DNA of 64,000 nt from Candidatus Zixiibacteriota bacterium (lineage in GTDB: Bacteria; RBG-13-66-14; B26-G2; WVWN01): contig JAUWLW010000007.1 in NCBI GenBank assembly GCA_030613505.1, positions 6,360 through 70,359 on the forward strand, written 5' to 3'. Under the pieces are notes generated by a model. That model saw only the letters and a program-made list of their open reading frames with translations, made no database searches and was not told where the DNA came from. The position numbers and the translations under genes are program-made. Shown one piece after another: positions 38,616 through 48,397 of this stretch; positions within the stretch are counted from its first letter, which is position 1; the number at the start of each line of letters is the position of its first letter.

Positions 38616-39332
38616 ATGTTAGAGGGGTTCGTATTATTGGCGTGCGCGGAACGGGCGATTTGCGTCGCGTTCGTCGGCGCTCTATTAGGGTTGGATAACA
38701 TCGCCATAGGCCAATTTATGTTGGCGCAACCGGCGGTAGGCGCCGTTTTAGTCGGCTATATGGTGGGCGAGCCGTTGTTGGGCGTGTGGGCGGCGTTAAC
38801 GTTCCAACTTCTATGGTTGGGCCAGATCCCCGTCGGCGCATACGTTCCGCCAAGCGCACCGATTACGGCCATTGCCGCGGTCGGTTTGGCCGGGCCCTCG
38901 GCGGCGCCGTTGCCGGCTCGAGCGGTCGCGGCGGCGTTCCTCGCTATACCGGTCGGCGTATTGGCGGGCAAGCTGGATTTTTGGATTAAAAGCCGAAACG
39001 TCGGCATTTTGCACCGGAGCGAGAACGATTTGCTAGACGGTAGGCCGCTCGCGCTCGGCGGCGCGGTTATAAAAGGCGTGGCGAATTTTTTCTTGAAAGA
39101 CTTTTTCCTCCTGCTTGTGGCAATCTTCGTCGGCTCGGCGTTGCTCACGTTGGCGTTAAGGCACATAACGCCGGGTTGGTACCCCGGCTTGGAGCTCGCG
39201 TTCGTAATTTCGCCCGCCGTGGGCATCGGCGCCGCGTTGAAGGTTTACTGGAAGGCCCGGAACCTGGCGGCTTTCGGCGTCGGCGCCGTAGTCGCGGCCG
39301 CCGTCGCCTTTATATTCTCGTTCTTAATATGA
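38616..39332 (+). CDS. PTS mannose-class IIC
   Basis: GLD..AIGQFM..QP, LWLGQIPVGAYVPP. Confidence 0.88.
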   Translation: MLEGFVLLACAERAICVAFVGALLGLDNIAIGQFMLAQPAVGAVLVGYMVGEPLLGVWAALTFQLLWLGQIPVGAYVPPSAPITAIAAVGLAGPSAAPLPARAVAAAFLAIPVGVLAGKLDFWIKSRNVGILHRSENDLLDGRPLALGGAVIKGVANFFLKDFFLLLVAIFVGSALLTLALRHITPGWYPGLELAFVISPAVGIGAALKVYWKARNLAAFGVGAVVAAAVAFIFSFLI

Positions 39333-40108
39333 AACGCACGAGACAGCAGGGTGACCCGCCGTTGCCGCGCCGCACGCGCGCGGAGATGATAATCCGTTCG
39401 TTGTTCATCCAGGCTACGAACAATTTCGAGCGTATGCTGTCGTTGGGATTTTTATTCGCGCTATGGCCGGTGGTGAAGAGGTTATACCGTACACCCGAAA
39501 AGCGTCGAGAAGTCGTGATCAGGCATCTATCTTTTTTTAATACGCAGCCGTACTTCGCGAATTGTATTTTGGGCGTCGTAGCACATGTCGAGCTCGACCG
39601 CGGCGAGAACTTGAACGTTGAGGTTGCGAATATAAAAAACGCCATGATGGGTGCTCTCGGCGCTCTGGGCGACGACTTGTTCTGGACGGGCCTGATGCCT
39701 GCGGCGGCTTTATTAGCGCTGGTTTTTTACGGCGCTCTGCCGGGCTACGCCCTCGTCGGCGCGATCTCGGCGCTAGTTGTATATAACGTCTTCCATTTTT
39801 GGGCGAGGATAAAGCTCTTTAACGTGGGCCTGAGACTCGGTCGCAGGGTAACGAGTTATCTGAAAATGCTTCGCCTTCCTCGTTTTGCCGTGAGCGTCAA
39901 AGTAGTCGCTTCATTTCTTTTGGGGGCGTTTACGGTGGCCGTAATGTGGCGTGCAATACAAACCGGCTTCGGAGGTTTCGGAGCCGCGGCGGCGGTGGGC
40001 GGCGCCGTGCTCGCGTCGGTAGTCGTCCAAAGTTTAGGCGTTAAGCCGGGGCTGTGTTGGTACCTGGTGGCCGCGGCCGCGACGGTCGTGGGAGTGCTGA
40101 CGGCGTAG
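39329..40108 (+). CDS. PTS mannose-class IID
   Basis: NFERM, HLSFFNTQP, MGALGALGDDLFW; ATGA overlap with IIC. Confidence 0.9.
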   Translation: MKRTRQQGDPPLPRRTRAEMIIRSLFIQATNNFERMLSLGFLFALWPVVKRLYRTPEKRREVVIRHLSFFNTQPYFANCILGVVAHVELDRGENLNVEVANIKNAMMGALGALGDDLFWTGLMPAAALLALVFYGALPGYALVGAISALVVYNVFHFWARIKLFNVGLRLGRRVTSYLKMLRLPRFAVSVKVVASFLLGAFTVAVMWRAIQTGFGGFGAAAAVGGAVLASVVVQSLGVKPGLCWYLVAAAATVVGVLTA

Positions 40109-40113
40109 GTCTT

Positions 40114-40383
40114 ATGGCGGCGATTCGTAAAAAGGTTACGGTTCAGCAAAAGTACGGCTTACACGCGCGCCCGGCGTCGTCGTTCGTGAAGCTTGCCCGT
40201 GTATTCGAAGCCGACATAATACTGGAAAAGAATGGCGAGCGCGTCAACGGCAAATCTATTATGGGCGTCATGATGTTGGCCGTGTCCCGGGGCGAAACGG
40301 TATACCTGGAAGTGGATGGTCCCGACAGGGAGCGCGCGTGCGAACGGCTTAAATCATTTCTGGAAGACGGTACCGACGAGTAA
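40114..40383 (+). CDS. ptsH: Phosphocarrier HPr
   Basis: GLHARPA (His15), GKSIMGVM (Ser46). Confidence 0.95.
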   Translation: MAAIRKKVTVQQKYGLHARPASSFVKLARVFEADIILEKNGERVNGKSIMGVMMLAVSRGETVYLEVDGPDRERACERLKSFLEDGTDE

Positions 40384-40389
40384 CTAGAC

Positions 40390-42141
40390 GTGAGAGAGTT
40401 TACAGGCATTCCGGCAAGTGGCGGCGTAGCGCTTGGTAGAGCGTTCGTCGTAGCCCCGCGCGAGCTGACGGTCGAGCGGCGCGATATAGCCCTCGACGAG
40501 GTCGAGGCGGAACAAATGCGGCTGGAGCGGGCGCTCGCCGTAACGCGCGACGAGTTCGCGTCGCTGCGGGACGAGGTCAAAAAACACGAGGCGTCGATAC
40601 GGGCCGAGATATTGGACGCGTACATGTTGGTACTGGACGACGAAATGCTGACCGAAAAAGCTCGCGATATGATCCGCGAAGATAGGGTATCGGCCGAGTA
40701 CGCGTTCAAAACGACGCTCGACGAAATGCTCGTGGTCTTTGAGGCTATGGAAGACCCGTACTTCCGCGAGCGCGCCGTAGATTTGCGGGGCGTCGGCAAC
40801 CGCGTCGTAATGAACCTTCTGGGCGTGGCCTACCGTCTTTTCGAGGACGTTAGTGATAATTCGATACTCGTGGCCCACGACCTGCCGCCCTCCGACGCGG
40901 CCGCGCTGCCGCGCGAAAAAGTCGGCGCCATCGTTACCGAAGTCGGTAGCCGGACATCCCACACCGCGATTATAGCCCGCAGCATGGAGGTGCCGGCGGT
41001 AGTAGGCGCCGACGGCGTCGTTGGTTACGTCCGCGCGGGAGACAGTTTGGTCGTGGACGGCATAAACGGGCGCGTTGTCGTAAACCCGACCGACGAGGTC
41101 GAGGCGAGCTACGAGGAATTGGGGCGCGAACTATTGGCGGAAGAAAAACGCCGCGCCCGAGTGGCAGAACTCCCCGCAACGACGCTCGACGGATACCGGA
41201 TAGAGCTCTCGGCTAATATCGAACTCTTAGCCGAACTCGAAGCCGTAGCACGCCACGGCTGCGACGGCGTCGGCTTGTACCGTACGGAGTTCTTATTCCT
41301 GCACCGGAGCGACTTGCCGTCCGAAGAGGAACAACTGGACGCGTATCGGAAAGTAGCCGAGGCCTCCTTTCCGCACTCCTGCATTATCAGAACCATCGAC
41401 ATCGGCGGCGATAAGTTTTTATCTTTTCCCGAGGTGGCTCGTGAGATCAACCCTTTCCTCGGCTTACGCGCGATACGGTTTTGCCTCAAGCGCCGGGATA
41501 TATTCCGGACGCAACTTCGCGCTATCTTGCGAACTACCGCGTACGGGAAAGTAAAGATTATGTTTCCCATGATTTCCGACGTGGAGGAACTGCGCACCGC
41601 CAAAGAAATTCTGGCGGACGTTAAGCGCGAGCTCGAGCGGGAAGGGCGTTTCGTCGACGAAGCGCTCGAAGTGGGCATTATGGTCGAGGTCCCGTCGGCG
41701 GCGCTCAGCGCCGACTTATTGGCCCAGGAGTGCGACTTCTTCAGCTTGGGTACCAACGACTTAATCCAATACACTTTGGCGGTCGACCGGGGCAACGAAA
41801 AAATCGCCTATCTATACGAGCCCTTTCACCCCGCGGTACTGAAGCTTATAAAAACAACCGCCGACGCCGCCCATCGTAATAGTATATGGATAGGTATATG
41901 CGGCGAAATGATCGCGGACCCCAAAGCGGCCATACTTTTGTTGGGCCTGTCCTTCGACGAATTCAGCGCGAGCCCGGCTTCCGTTCCGGATATCAAGATA
42001 GCCTTGAGGGCTGCGCGGTACGTCGACGCGCGCCGGGTCGCCGAACGGGCAGTCACAATGACGTCAGCTTCTGAGATTCGGTCTTTTTTAACCCGCGAGC
42101 TAGCCGAAATGGGCGTACCGGCGGTTCGATGCCAATGGTAA
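40390..42141 (+). CDS. ptsI: PTS enzyme I
   Basis: TSHTAIIAR, GLYRTEF, NPFLGLRAIR, GTNDLIQY, GICGE. Confidence 0.96.
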   Translation: MREFTGIPASGGVALGRAFVVAPRELTVERRDIALDEVEAEQMRLERALAVTRDEFASLRDEVKKHEASIRAEILDAYMLVLDDEMLTEKARDMIREDRVSAEYAFKTTLDEMLVVFEAMEDPYFRERAVDLRGVGNRVVMNLLGVAYRLFEDVSDNSILVAHDLPPSDAAALPREKVGAIVTEVGSRTSHTAIIARSMEVPAVVGADGVVGYVRAGDSLVVDGINGRVVVNPTDEVEASYEELGRELLAEEKRRARVAELPATTLDGYRIELSANIELLAELEAVARHGCDGVGLYRTEFLFLHRSDLPSEEEQLDAYRKVAEASFPHSCIIRTIDIGGDKFLSFPEVAREINPFLGLRAIRFCLKRRDIFRTQLRAILRTTAYGKVKIMFPMISDVEELRTAKEILADVKRELEREGRFVDEALEVGIMVEVPSAALSADLLAQECDFFSLGTNDLIQYTLAVDRGNEKIAYLYEPFHPAVLKLIKTTADAAHRNSIWIGICGEMIADPKAAILLLGLSFDEFSASPASVPDIKIALRAARYVDARRVAERAVTMTSASEIRSFLTRELAEMGVPAVRCQW

Positions 42142-43091
42142 ATAAAGCTCTATATATTTCGTTGGCGTTGGCCGCTTTGGCCTGCCGCAGCGACCTGCTC
42201 TTGGGCAAGGTCGAGGGCGTGGCTGCCAATATTTACGCCCCCAACGGCCGGACGCCGGCTTACCGCGCGGAAGTCGCGGTCGCCGACGTCAAGCCGGGTG
42301 GCTACTACGGCGAGGCCGTTACGTCGGCCAGCGGTTATTTCACTATAACTGTCATACCCGACGGGTCATACCGCGCTAACGTAACCTCGCCGAACGGCTT
42401 GTTAAAAAGCAATTTCCACGCCGACGTCGTCGACGGCTATTCGGCGGGCGGCGTCGAAGTGTTACTGGCGCCGGCGAGAGCCGGTACGTTCGTTAACGTC
42501 CCTGGCCGTTATGACGATATGGGGACGATCTTCGTAGACCTCGGCTACCGATATAAAACCCTCGGCGTAGAAGCGCTCGCCCAAAAGCAAAACCCGTTGC
42601 GGGGCGCGGACATAGTGTGCCTCAACAGCGGCGTCGATACGACGTGGGCTCAGAACGAGACGGTTATTAAGAACTTAAAATCGTTCGTGGAAAAGGGAGG
42701 GCGCCTGATAGCGACGGATCAAGCGTGGCCGTTTGTCAAGGCTTCGTGGCCGGGGAAAGTAACCTGGCCGACCGACCCGGCCGTAGGGAGTCCGTATCAA
42801 GACGTCGAGGGGGCATTCGTCGACGCCGACCTAAAAAGATGCGCTGCGGTTCCGAGGTGGCGGTTAAGGTACGACCTGGGGAACTGGGCCGTCCCGACCG
42901 ATACGACAGGTACGGTTTTCGTTCGCGGCGACGTCGAAACGACGTCCGGCAAAAGGGCCAACGCGCCGTTGCTCATCGGATTTGGATACGGCCGCGGCTT
43001 CGTCTCCTTCGGCACGTTCGATTGGCGAACGCAATATCGGCATGGCCGGCTGGCGACCCGCGTCTTTAACTATCTTATAACTAATAAGTAA
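42135..43091 (+). CDS. Lipoprotein with carboxypeptidase-regulatory-like domain and GATase-like alpha/beta domain
   Basis: LAC lipobox; T.ASGYFTI..IPDGSY; DIVCLNSG, LKSFVEKGGRLIATD. Confidence 0.65.
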   Translation: MVNKALYISLALAALACRSDLLLGKVEGVAANIYAPNGRTPAYRAEVAVADVKPGGYYGEAVTSASGYFTITVIPDGSYRANVTSPNGLLKSNFHADVVDGYSAGGVEVLLAPARAGTFVNVPGRYDDMGTIFVDLGYRYKTLGVEALAQKQNPLRGADIVCLNSGVDTTWAQNETVIKNLKSFVEKGGRLIATDQAWPFVKASWPGKVTWPTDPAVGSPYQDVEGAFVDADLKRCAAVPRWRLRYDLGNWAVPTDTTGTVFVRGDVETTSGKRANAPLLIGFGYGRGFVSFGTFDWRTQYRHGRLATRVFNYLITNK

Positions 43092-43169
43092 TATTGAGAA
43101 TACGTCAATTGTGCCGCCGCGTCCCGGCGGCCTATACGGGCGCGTCGAGCGGCGCGCTCTTCGTGTACC

Positions 43170-43694
43170 ATGAAAAAAGAACCTGGGGTTCTTCCAATTT
43201 TAGGAGTGATAGCCGCCCCCGGCGTATCGCTGGAAGACGTCGTCCGGGCGGCGAACGACGAACTCTTCGAAACGGCGCAAAGTACCGAACCGGTACCCTT
43301 CTGCTTGACCGACTACTACCAACAGGAGATGGGGACGGGACTTATACGCCTTTGGCGCGCCGGCACACGGCTGGTCCCACCTTCGGCGCTCGCCGACCAC
43401 AAGTTGACCGGAGCAGCGCTGGAAGACCGGTGGCGTCAGGGGGGCGACAGGCGAGTTAACCTCGACCCGGGGTACGTTTCGGCGCTGCAAATGGTGCTCG
43501 CGACGACTAAGCCGCTGCCGCAAGCGATTTACCTCCGCGACGGCATCTACGCGGTCGTCGAGCTTATTTATCGTGACCGGGCTTTCGCAGCGTTGCCGTG
43601 GACGTACCCCGACTACCGGAAAGCCGCGGCGGAAAACCTGTTCGAACCTTTCCGGTCGCACTTTTTAAAGCTACGGCGGGAAAAGGAGAAGTAA
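43170..43694 (+). CDS. DUF4416 family protein
   Basis: TDYYQQEMG, RRVNLDPGY, LATTK, IYLRDGIY, WTYPDY. Confidence 0.88.
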   Translation: MKKEPGVLPILGVIAAPGVSLEDVVRAANDELFETAQSTEPVPFCLTDYYQQEMGTGLIRLWRAGTRLVPPSALADHKLTGAALEDRWRQGGDRRVNLDPGYVSALQMVLATTKPLPQAIYLRDGIYAVVELIYRDRAFAALPWTYPDYRKAAAENLFEPFRSHFLKLRREKEK

Positions 43695-43699
43695 GCACC

Positions 43700-44164
43700 T
43701 TGCGAGTGACGGTTACCGATTCTCCCCAAGCGACGGCGGTGCTAGGCGAAAAGCTCGCGGGTGCATTACCGCCGGGTGCCGTTATCCTACTGAACGGCGA
43801 CCTGGGAGGTGGCAAGACGACTTTCGTAGGAGGCTTGGCGCGGGGTTTAAAAGCAGCGCAGGAGGCACGGAGCCCGAGCTTCACGCTCGTGCGGGAATAC
43901 GGCCCGCTAGTACACGTGGACTTGTACCGGCTCGACGCGGCGGAAGCCGCCGGCCTCGGCTGGGAAGACTATCTCGACGACAAGCGAATCGTCGCCGTGG
44001 AATGGAGCTCGCACCTACCTCCCGGCTTTTGGGGCAAAGGTTCCTTTTTAATAAAGCTATATTTCGAAATTGTAGACGAGAAACGCCGGCGGATAGTTTT
44101 GAAATGCGGCGAATCGGCCGCGGCGAAGCTCCGGCGGCGGCTCGAGCGTTTATTTTGCGTGTAG
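43700..44164 (+). CDS. tsaE: tRNA t6A biosynthesis ATPase
   Basis: GDLGGGKTT, SPSFTLVREY, HVDLYRL, VEW. Confidence 0.93.
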   Translation: MRVTVTDSPQATAVLGEKLAGALPPGAVILLNGDLGGGKTTFVGGLARGLKAAQEARSPSFTLVREYGPLVHVDLYRLDAAEAAGLGWEDYLDDKRIVAVEWSSHLPPGFWGKGSFLIKLYFEIVDEKRRRIVLKCGESAAAKLRRRLERLFCV

Positions 44165-44793
44165 TCGCATTAGAGACTTCTACTACTCGGGCCTCCGTAG
44201 CGTTCGTGGATGCTGCGTCGTCTTTCGAGGCGGCTCGCCGCATAGACGCGAAAGGGCGTTTGTCGCGCGTTTTAATACCGGCCCTCCGAGAGTTGGGAAA
44301 GGAGGCGTGGCCGGTGGCGGAAGCGGATTTGATAGTGACGGCGAGCGGGCCCGGGTCGTTCACGGGCCTCAGGGTCGGCATGGCCGCGGCCAAGGGTTTG
44401 GCGTTCGTCACCGGTTTGCCGCTCGTAGCCGTGTCCTCGCTCGCCGCCGTCGCGGCGGCGGCCCGCGACGACGGCGTCGTGGTAACGGCGTTGGACGCCC
44501 GGGGCGGTTATTATTTCTACGCCGCTTACGACAACACGGGTTCTTATCCGGAGGAAATCCTGGCCGCCGATATTGGAGACGAGGCTGCCTTAGCGAGTTT
44601 GCCGTACGACGTGTACGCCGGCCCGGTGACGCCGCCGGCCTGGCTCAGACCGGGCCGGCCGGCGGGCCGCTGGCTCGAGGTATGGCCCGACGCCGCGGTA
44701 TTAGGTCGGTTGGGCGCTCGGGCGTTCGACCGCCGTGGCCCCGACGACGTAGCGACGCTTCGGCCTTATTACCTTAAAAGAGGGCAAGTGTGA
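44155..44793 (+). CDS. tsaB: tRNA t6A biosynthesis protein
   Basis: ALETST, GPGSFTGLRVG, LDAR, PYYLK. Confidence 0.92.
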   Translation: MRVVALETSTTRASVAFVDAASSFEAARRIDAKGRLSRVLIPALRELGKEAWPVAEADLIVTASGPGSFTGLRVGMAAAKGLAFVTGLPLVAVSSLAAVAAAARDDGVVVTALDARGGYYFYAAYDNTGSYPEEILAADIGDEAALASLPYDVYAGPVTPPAWLRPGRPAGRWLEVWPDAAVLGRLGARAFDRRGPDDVATLRPYYLKRGQV

Positions 44794-45260
44794 AAGTTAC
44801 GTTAAGGTCCGCGGAACCGGGTGACGTGCCGGCGATAAGCACCATCGAAAAGACGGCGTTTCCTTGTCCCTGGCCCGAGCGCGCCCTCTACGGCGAAATC
44901 GAAAACGACTTGGCTACGTTCAAAGTCTTATCGCTCGAGGGAAAGGTGATAGGCTACTACGACTTGTGGATATGCGCCGACGAGGCCCATCTACTAAACG
45001 TTGCCGTCGCGCCGCGGGCGCGGCGCCGAGGATACGGTACGGTATTAGTAAAGGACGCGATCGGCGAAGCTGAAAGCCGCGGCTGCCGCCGGATCGTTTT
45101 GGAGGTACGACCCGGCAACTGCGCTGCGATTTGCCTCTACGGAGAATTTGGTTTCAAAACCGTAGCGCGCTGGCCGCGTTATTACGCGAACGGCGAAGAC
45201 GCCGACGTTATGTTAAAAGACCTTGGGGCCGCCCCCAATACGTCGAAAGGCGCCCGCTGA
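44790..45260 (+). CDS. rimI: Ribosomal protein S18 N-acetyltransferase
   Basis: FPCPW, EAHLLNVAV, LEVRPGN..A..LY..FGF, YY..GEDA. Confidence 0.92.
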   Translation: MKVTLRSAEPGDVPAISTIEKTAFPCPWPERALYGEIENDLATFKVLSLEGKVIGYYDLWICADEAHLLNVAVAPRARRRGYGTVLVKDAIGEAESRGCRRIVLEVRPGNCAAICLYGEFGFKTVARWPRYYANGEDADVMLKDLGAAPNTSKGAR

Positions 45261-45291
45261 CCGGCCTCTTTATTAAATTACCGGTTTGGAT

Positions 45292-46020
45292 TTACCTCAA
45301 TCTCAGAACGCGGTGAACCTGCGGTATAAGCCGCACGTCCGGGAGGATCGTCGTGAGTTGGGTAGTGAGGACAAGTAGCCGCTCCGCTTCGCCGGGAGGA
45401 GGAGGTTTTTCGTCGTAACGCGGTTGGACGATGAAGGGAATATGGCCCCCCACGTCCGCGACGAGGCGGGCCGCTTCCATAACTTCTCTCTCTCCGGTGT
45501 CCGGGCCCACGACGACCTTAACGTAGCAAGTTTTTTGCATGGCGATCGTGAGGAAGTTTTTAGTTGCGTTAACCGGCAAACGCCGTTCCGAGAACGACGG
45601 GAGCTTTACGTCTACGGCGACGACGTCGATCCTCGGTATCACCTCCGCCAACTCGCGGTGATGGTAACCCCGCGTTTCGAGTAAAACGTGTTTACCCGTT
45701 TCGGAAAGACGGGTCAGGAGGAGGGACAAAAAACCGGGTTGCTCCAGCGGCTCGCCACCCGTGATCGCGAGGAACGGGAGACCTCGCAGGAGGGGCGTCG
45801 CGTGTGCCGTTAGGTCGACGACCTTCACCGGGTTGGCAACGACTTTGGCGGTGGGGCCGTGAATGGGGAATTGCGACATTTGCGTCCGCGCGCGGGGCGT
45901 ATCGCAACGCTCGCATGCCGCCTGGCACCCGCCGAACCGAATGAACAACATCGGCGTGCCGACCAGCGGCCCCTCGCCCTGGACGCTTATAAATACTTCG
46001 TCAATATACCCTTTCAGCAT
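45292..46020 (-). CDS. queE: 7-carboxy-7-deazaguanine synthase
   Basis: EVFISVQGEG, CQAACERCDT, TGGEPL, IPQVH. Confidence 0.92.
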   Translation of the reverse strand: MLKGYIDEVFISVQGEGPLVGTPMLFIRFGGCQAACERCDTPRARTQMSQFPIHGPTAKVVANPVKVVDLTAHATPLLRGLPFLAITGGEPLEQPGFLSLLLTRLSETGKHVLLETRGYHHRELAEVIPRIDVVAVDVKLPSFSERRLPVNATKNFLTIAMQKTCYVKVVVGPDTGEREVMEAARLVADVGGHIPFIVQPRYDEKPPPPGEAERLLVLTTQLTTILPDVRLIPQVHRVLRLR

Positions 46021-46574
46021 ACGCCCCTGACTTTACCAAGCGCTTCGACGAAACGTTCCACTTCGTCAACATATCTGGACATCACGACCGCGGCCAGTTC
46101 CTCGGCGTCAACGCCCAGCCGTCCCAGGTCGGAGACCTCTACCGGCGCGCCGGTACCGTCTACGTTGACGCCGAAGTGTATGATCGCCGACGTAGGCGAC
46201 GACGTGGCTATGGAGACCGTCAACTTGCCGTCCCCCGCGTAAACGTCGTCCCCTTCGCGCCGAAGCGGCGCTTGCGGCGCCCGCCGCCGCACTTCCTCCA
46301 GGATGATGGCGGCCAACAGGCGTTGTCGCCATATGGCTTCCGCCAGCGCCAAGCCGAAGTGTTCGACGATGAAATGCAGCATCCGCGCGGCGACGATCTT
46401 CGCGCCGGCGTGCCGGTCCGCCAGGTCCACAAGGTTTTCCGTGGGAACGTCGCAGGGCCCGACGAAAGCGACGATGGCGTCGCCCGCGACGCCGAAGTTC
46501 TTCAACGCGAAATGGCCGTACAGCTCGGTATAGGGCCGTTCGGTACGTTCGAAATAAGTTTTTAGGGATACCAC
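46014..46574 (-). CDS. DUF366 family protein
   Basis: GDAIVAFVGPCDV..LVDL.D, MLHFIVEHF, QRLL, REGDD, KLTVSIAT, HFGVN. Confidence 0.85.
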   Translation of the reverse strand: MVSLKTYFERTERPYTELYGHFALKNFGVAGDAIVAFVGPCDVPTENLVDLADRHAGAKIVAARMLHFIVEHFGLALAEAIWRQRLLAAIILEEVRRRAPQAPLRREGDDVYAGDGKLTVSIATSSPTSAIIHFGVNVDGTGAPVEVSDLGRLGVDAEELAAVVMSRYVDEVERFVEALGKVRGVC

Positions 46575-46627
46575 GTTGCCATTTAAAATCGATAATCAAA
46601 CCGTTTTAAAACCAATAGTTCTGTAAA

Positions 46628-47320
46628 TCATTTCTTTCGCAACGGCCCGCCGAATATTTCCTCGCGCAGCTCGGGATAACCCGCCGCTTCCACCGCCGCC
46701 GCGGTACGCCGGCAGGAGGCGCAACGCCCACAAGGCCGCGGCCCCTCGCCGTAACACGGATATACGTACCTCAGCGGTACGCCCATACGAACCGCTCTTT
46801 TCACTATAGCAGCTTTTCCCAGCGAGCTCGTATACGACACGAGCTTGACCTTGCCGGCCGTAGAGTAGCCAAGCGCGCGGTTCGCGGCCTTCACGAACGC
46901 CGCCGAGTTATCGGGGAAGTAAGCCGCCTCGTCGGCGTTGAAGCCGGCTACCACTACGTGGGCGCCGAGAGCTTCGGCGAACGCCGCGCCAACGGCCACG
47001 AAGACGCCGTTCCTGTTCGGCACCCAAACCGCATCTACGTCCGAAAGGCGAGAGGGGAGGGGCGCGCCTACTTCGCCTAGTCGTCGCGGCAATAGGTCGC
47101 GAAACCACGGCAACGGAACGAGCCGCCGGTCGATGCCGTAATAAGCGCATAGTTTCTTTGCCGCGCGGGCCTCTGCCCGGGCCGCCCGGTGGCCGTAGTC
47201 GAAGGTCAGCGCCAGTGCCGGCGCGCGGTAACGCCGGGCGAGCGCCAGGTTGAGGGCGGAATCGAGGCCTCCGGATAGCAGGACAACGGCGTTATAGGTC
47301 CGGGACGAACGACGCGGCAT
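46628..47320 (-). CDS. queC: 7-cyano-7-deazaguanine synthase
   Basis: LSGGLDS, WVPNRN, FPDNS, CY..PCGRCASC. Confidence 0.94.
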   Translation of the reverse strand: MPRRSSRTYNAVVLLSGGLDSALNLALARRYRAPALALTFDYGHRAARAEARAAKKLCAYYGIDRRLVPLPWFRDLLPRRLGEVGAPLPSRLSDVDAVWVPNRNGVFVAVGAAFAEALGAHVVVAGFNADEAAYFPDNSAAFVKAANRALGYSTAGKVKLVSYTSSLGKAAIVKRAVRMGVPLRYVYPCYGEGPRPCGRCASCRRTAAAVEAAGYPELREEIFGGPLRKK

Positions 47321-47669
47321 ATTTCGGCGACTCCTCGACCGTTACGCGGCGCAACGTCGCGCCCAGCGCTTTGACCTTCGGCGCCAATTTCTCATAAACG
47401 AAGGCCGCGACGTTTTCCGCGGTGGCGTTGCGGGCCGAAAACGCGGGTAACTCGTTCAAATTCCGGTGGTCCAAAACTTCCAGCACGTCGCCAAGGTGCT
47501 TGCTTAATTCCTTGAAGTCTACGGCGATTCCTATTTCGTTCAAGGTGGCAGCTTCGGCGACGACGGTTACGGCGAAGTTATGGCCGTGCAGCCTTTCGCA
47601 CGAGCCGTCATACCCGCGAACCGCGTGCGCGGCCGCGAACCGACCCTCGACCTTAACTAGATAAGCCAT
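47292..47669 (-). CDS. queD: 6-carboxytetrahydropterin synthase
   Basis: FAAAH, CERLHGHNF, LDHRNLN, TAEN. Confidence 0.95.
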   Translation of the reverse strand: MAYLVKVEGRFAAAHAVRGYDGSCERLHGHNFAVTVVAEAATLNEIGIAVDFKELSKHLGDVLEVLDHRNLNELPAFSARNATAENVAAFVYEKLAPKVKALGATLRRVTVEESPKYAASFVPDL

Positions 47670-47675
47670 AACTTA

Positions 47676-48317
47676 TTAAATCTCCAAAGGTTTGGTTTCG
47701 AGCATCCTCCCGTGAGCCATTTCTAATAATAGCCCGTACAAAAGGTCCACCTTCTTTGCCAGTTCGGCTAAGGGCCCAGAGTTGTCGACTATAACGTCCG
47801 CCCGAGCACGCTTGCGTTGGTCGTCGAATTGGCGGGATTGGCGGGCGTGGAAATTTTCCTCGCCGTACTTGCTCCACGACCGTTGCTTGCGAACCTCCTC
47901 GGGAGCGTCCACCACGACGACGACGTCGACCGGCAACGCCGTACCCCATTCTACTATAAGAGCCGCGTCTATGACAACCACGTCGGCGTCTTCGTGGGCC
48001 GCCACCTCGCGCTTTATGCGTTCCCACAACGGCGGGTGGACTACGGCATTCAGTCGCTCCGCCGCCTCCTCGGACGCGAACGCTGCTCTAGCTAAAGCGT
48101 TCCTGTCGACGTCGCCGCAAGCCATGAATATGGATGGTCCGAACGCTGCTCGTAGTTCTTTTTTTACGCGGCTCGACGTCGCCAAAACTTCCCGGCCCAA
48201 GGCGTCCGCGTCAATAATCGGAACCCCCTTCTTGGATAATAACTCGGCGACGGTACTCTTCCCGGCGCCGATTAACCCCGTAAGACCTACTACCAGCGTT
48301 TTGGACGACGTAACCAC
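47676..48317 (-). CDS. coaE: Dephospho-CoA kinase
   Basis: GLTGLIGAGKST, IDAD, LNAVVHP, ADVIVDNSG. Confidence 0.93.
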   Translation of the reverse strand: MVTSSKTLVVGLTGLIGAGKSTVAELLSKKGVPIIDADALGREVLATSSRVKKELRAAFGPSIFMACGDVDRNALARAAFASEEAAERLNAVVHPPLWERIKREVAAHEDADVVVIDAALIVEWGTALPVDVVVVVDAPEEVRKQRSWSKYGEENFHARQSRQFDDQRKRARADVIVDNSGPLAELAKKVDLLYGLLLEMAHGRMLETKPLEI

Positions 48318-48323
48318 GTATAA

Positions 48324-48352
48324 TTTCTAACATTATATAAAACGAAACGCAA
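48324..48352 (-). promoter_or_regulatory. Candidate promoter giving a leaderless coaE-que transcript
   Basis: TTGCGT-17 nt-TAGAAA with TGn; GTG start 6 nt downstream; -10 imperfect. Confidence 0.4.
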
Positions 48353-48361
48353 GTTTTTTCC

Positions 48362-48390
48362 TTGCTTTTATGGTAGTTACGTGATAATGT
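48362..48390 (+). promoter_or_regulatory. Promoter giving a leaderless CAP-nad transcript
   Basis: TTGCTT-17 nt-TAATGT with TGn; GTG 7 nt downstream. Confidence 0.5.
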
Positions 48391-48397
48391 CCTTTAA

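Noticed and set aside
46575-46627. preQ1 riboswitch in the que cluster
   Set aside because: AT-rich spacer without the preQ1 stem-loop and A-rich tail; none seen upstream of queD or coaE either
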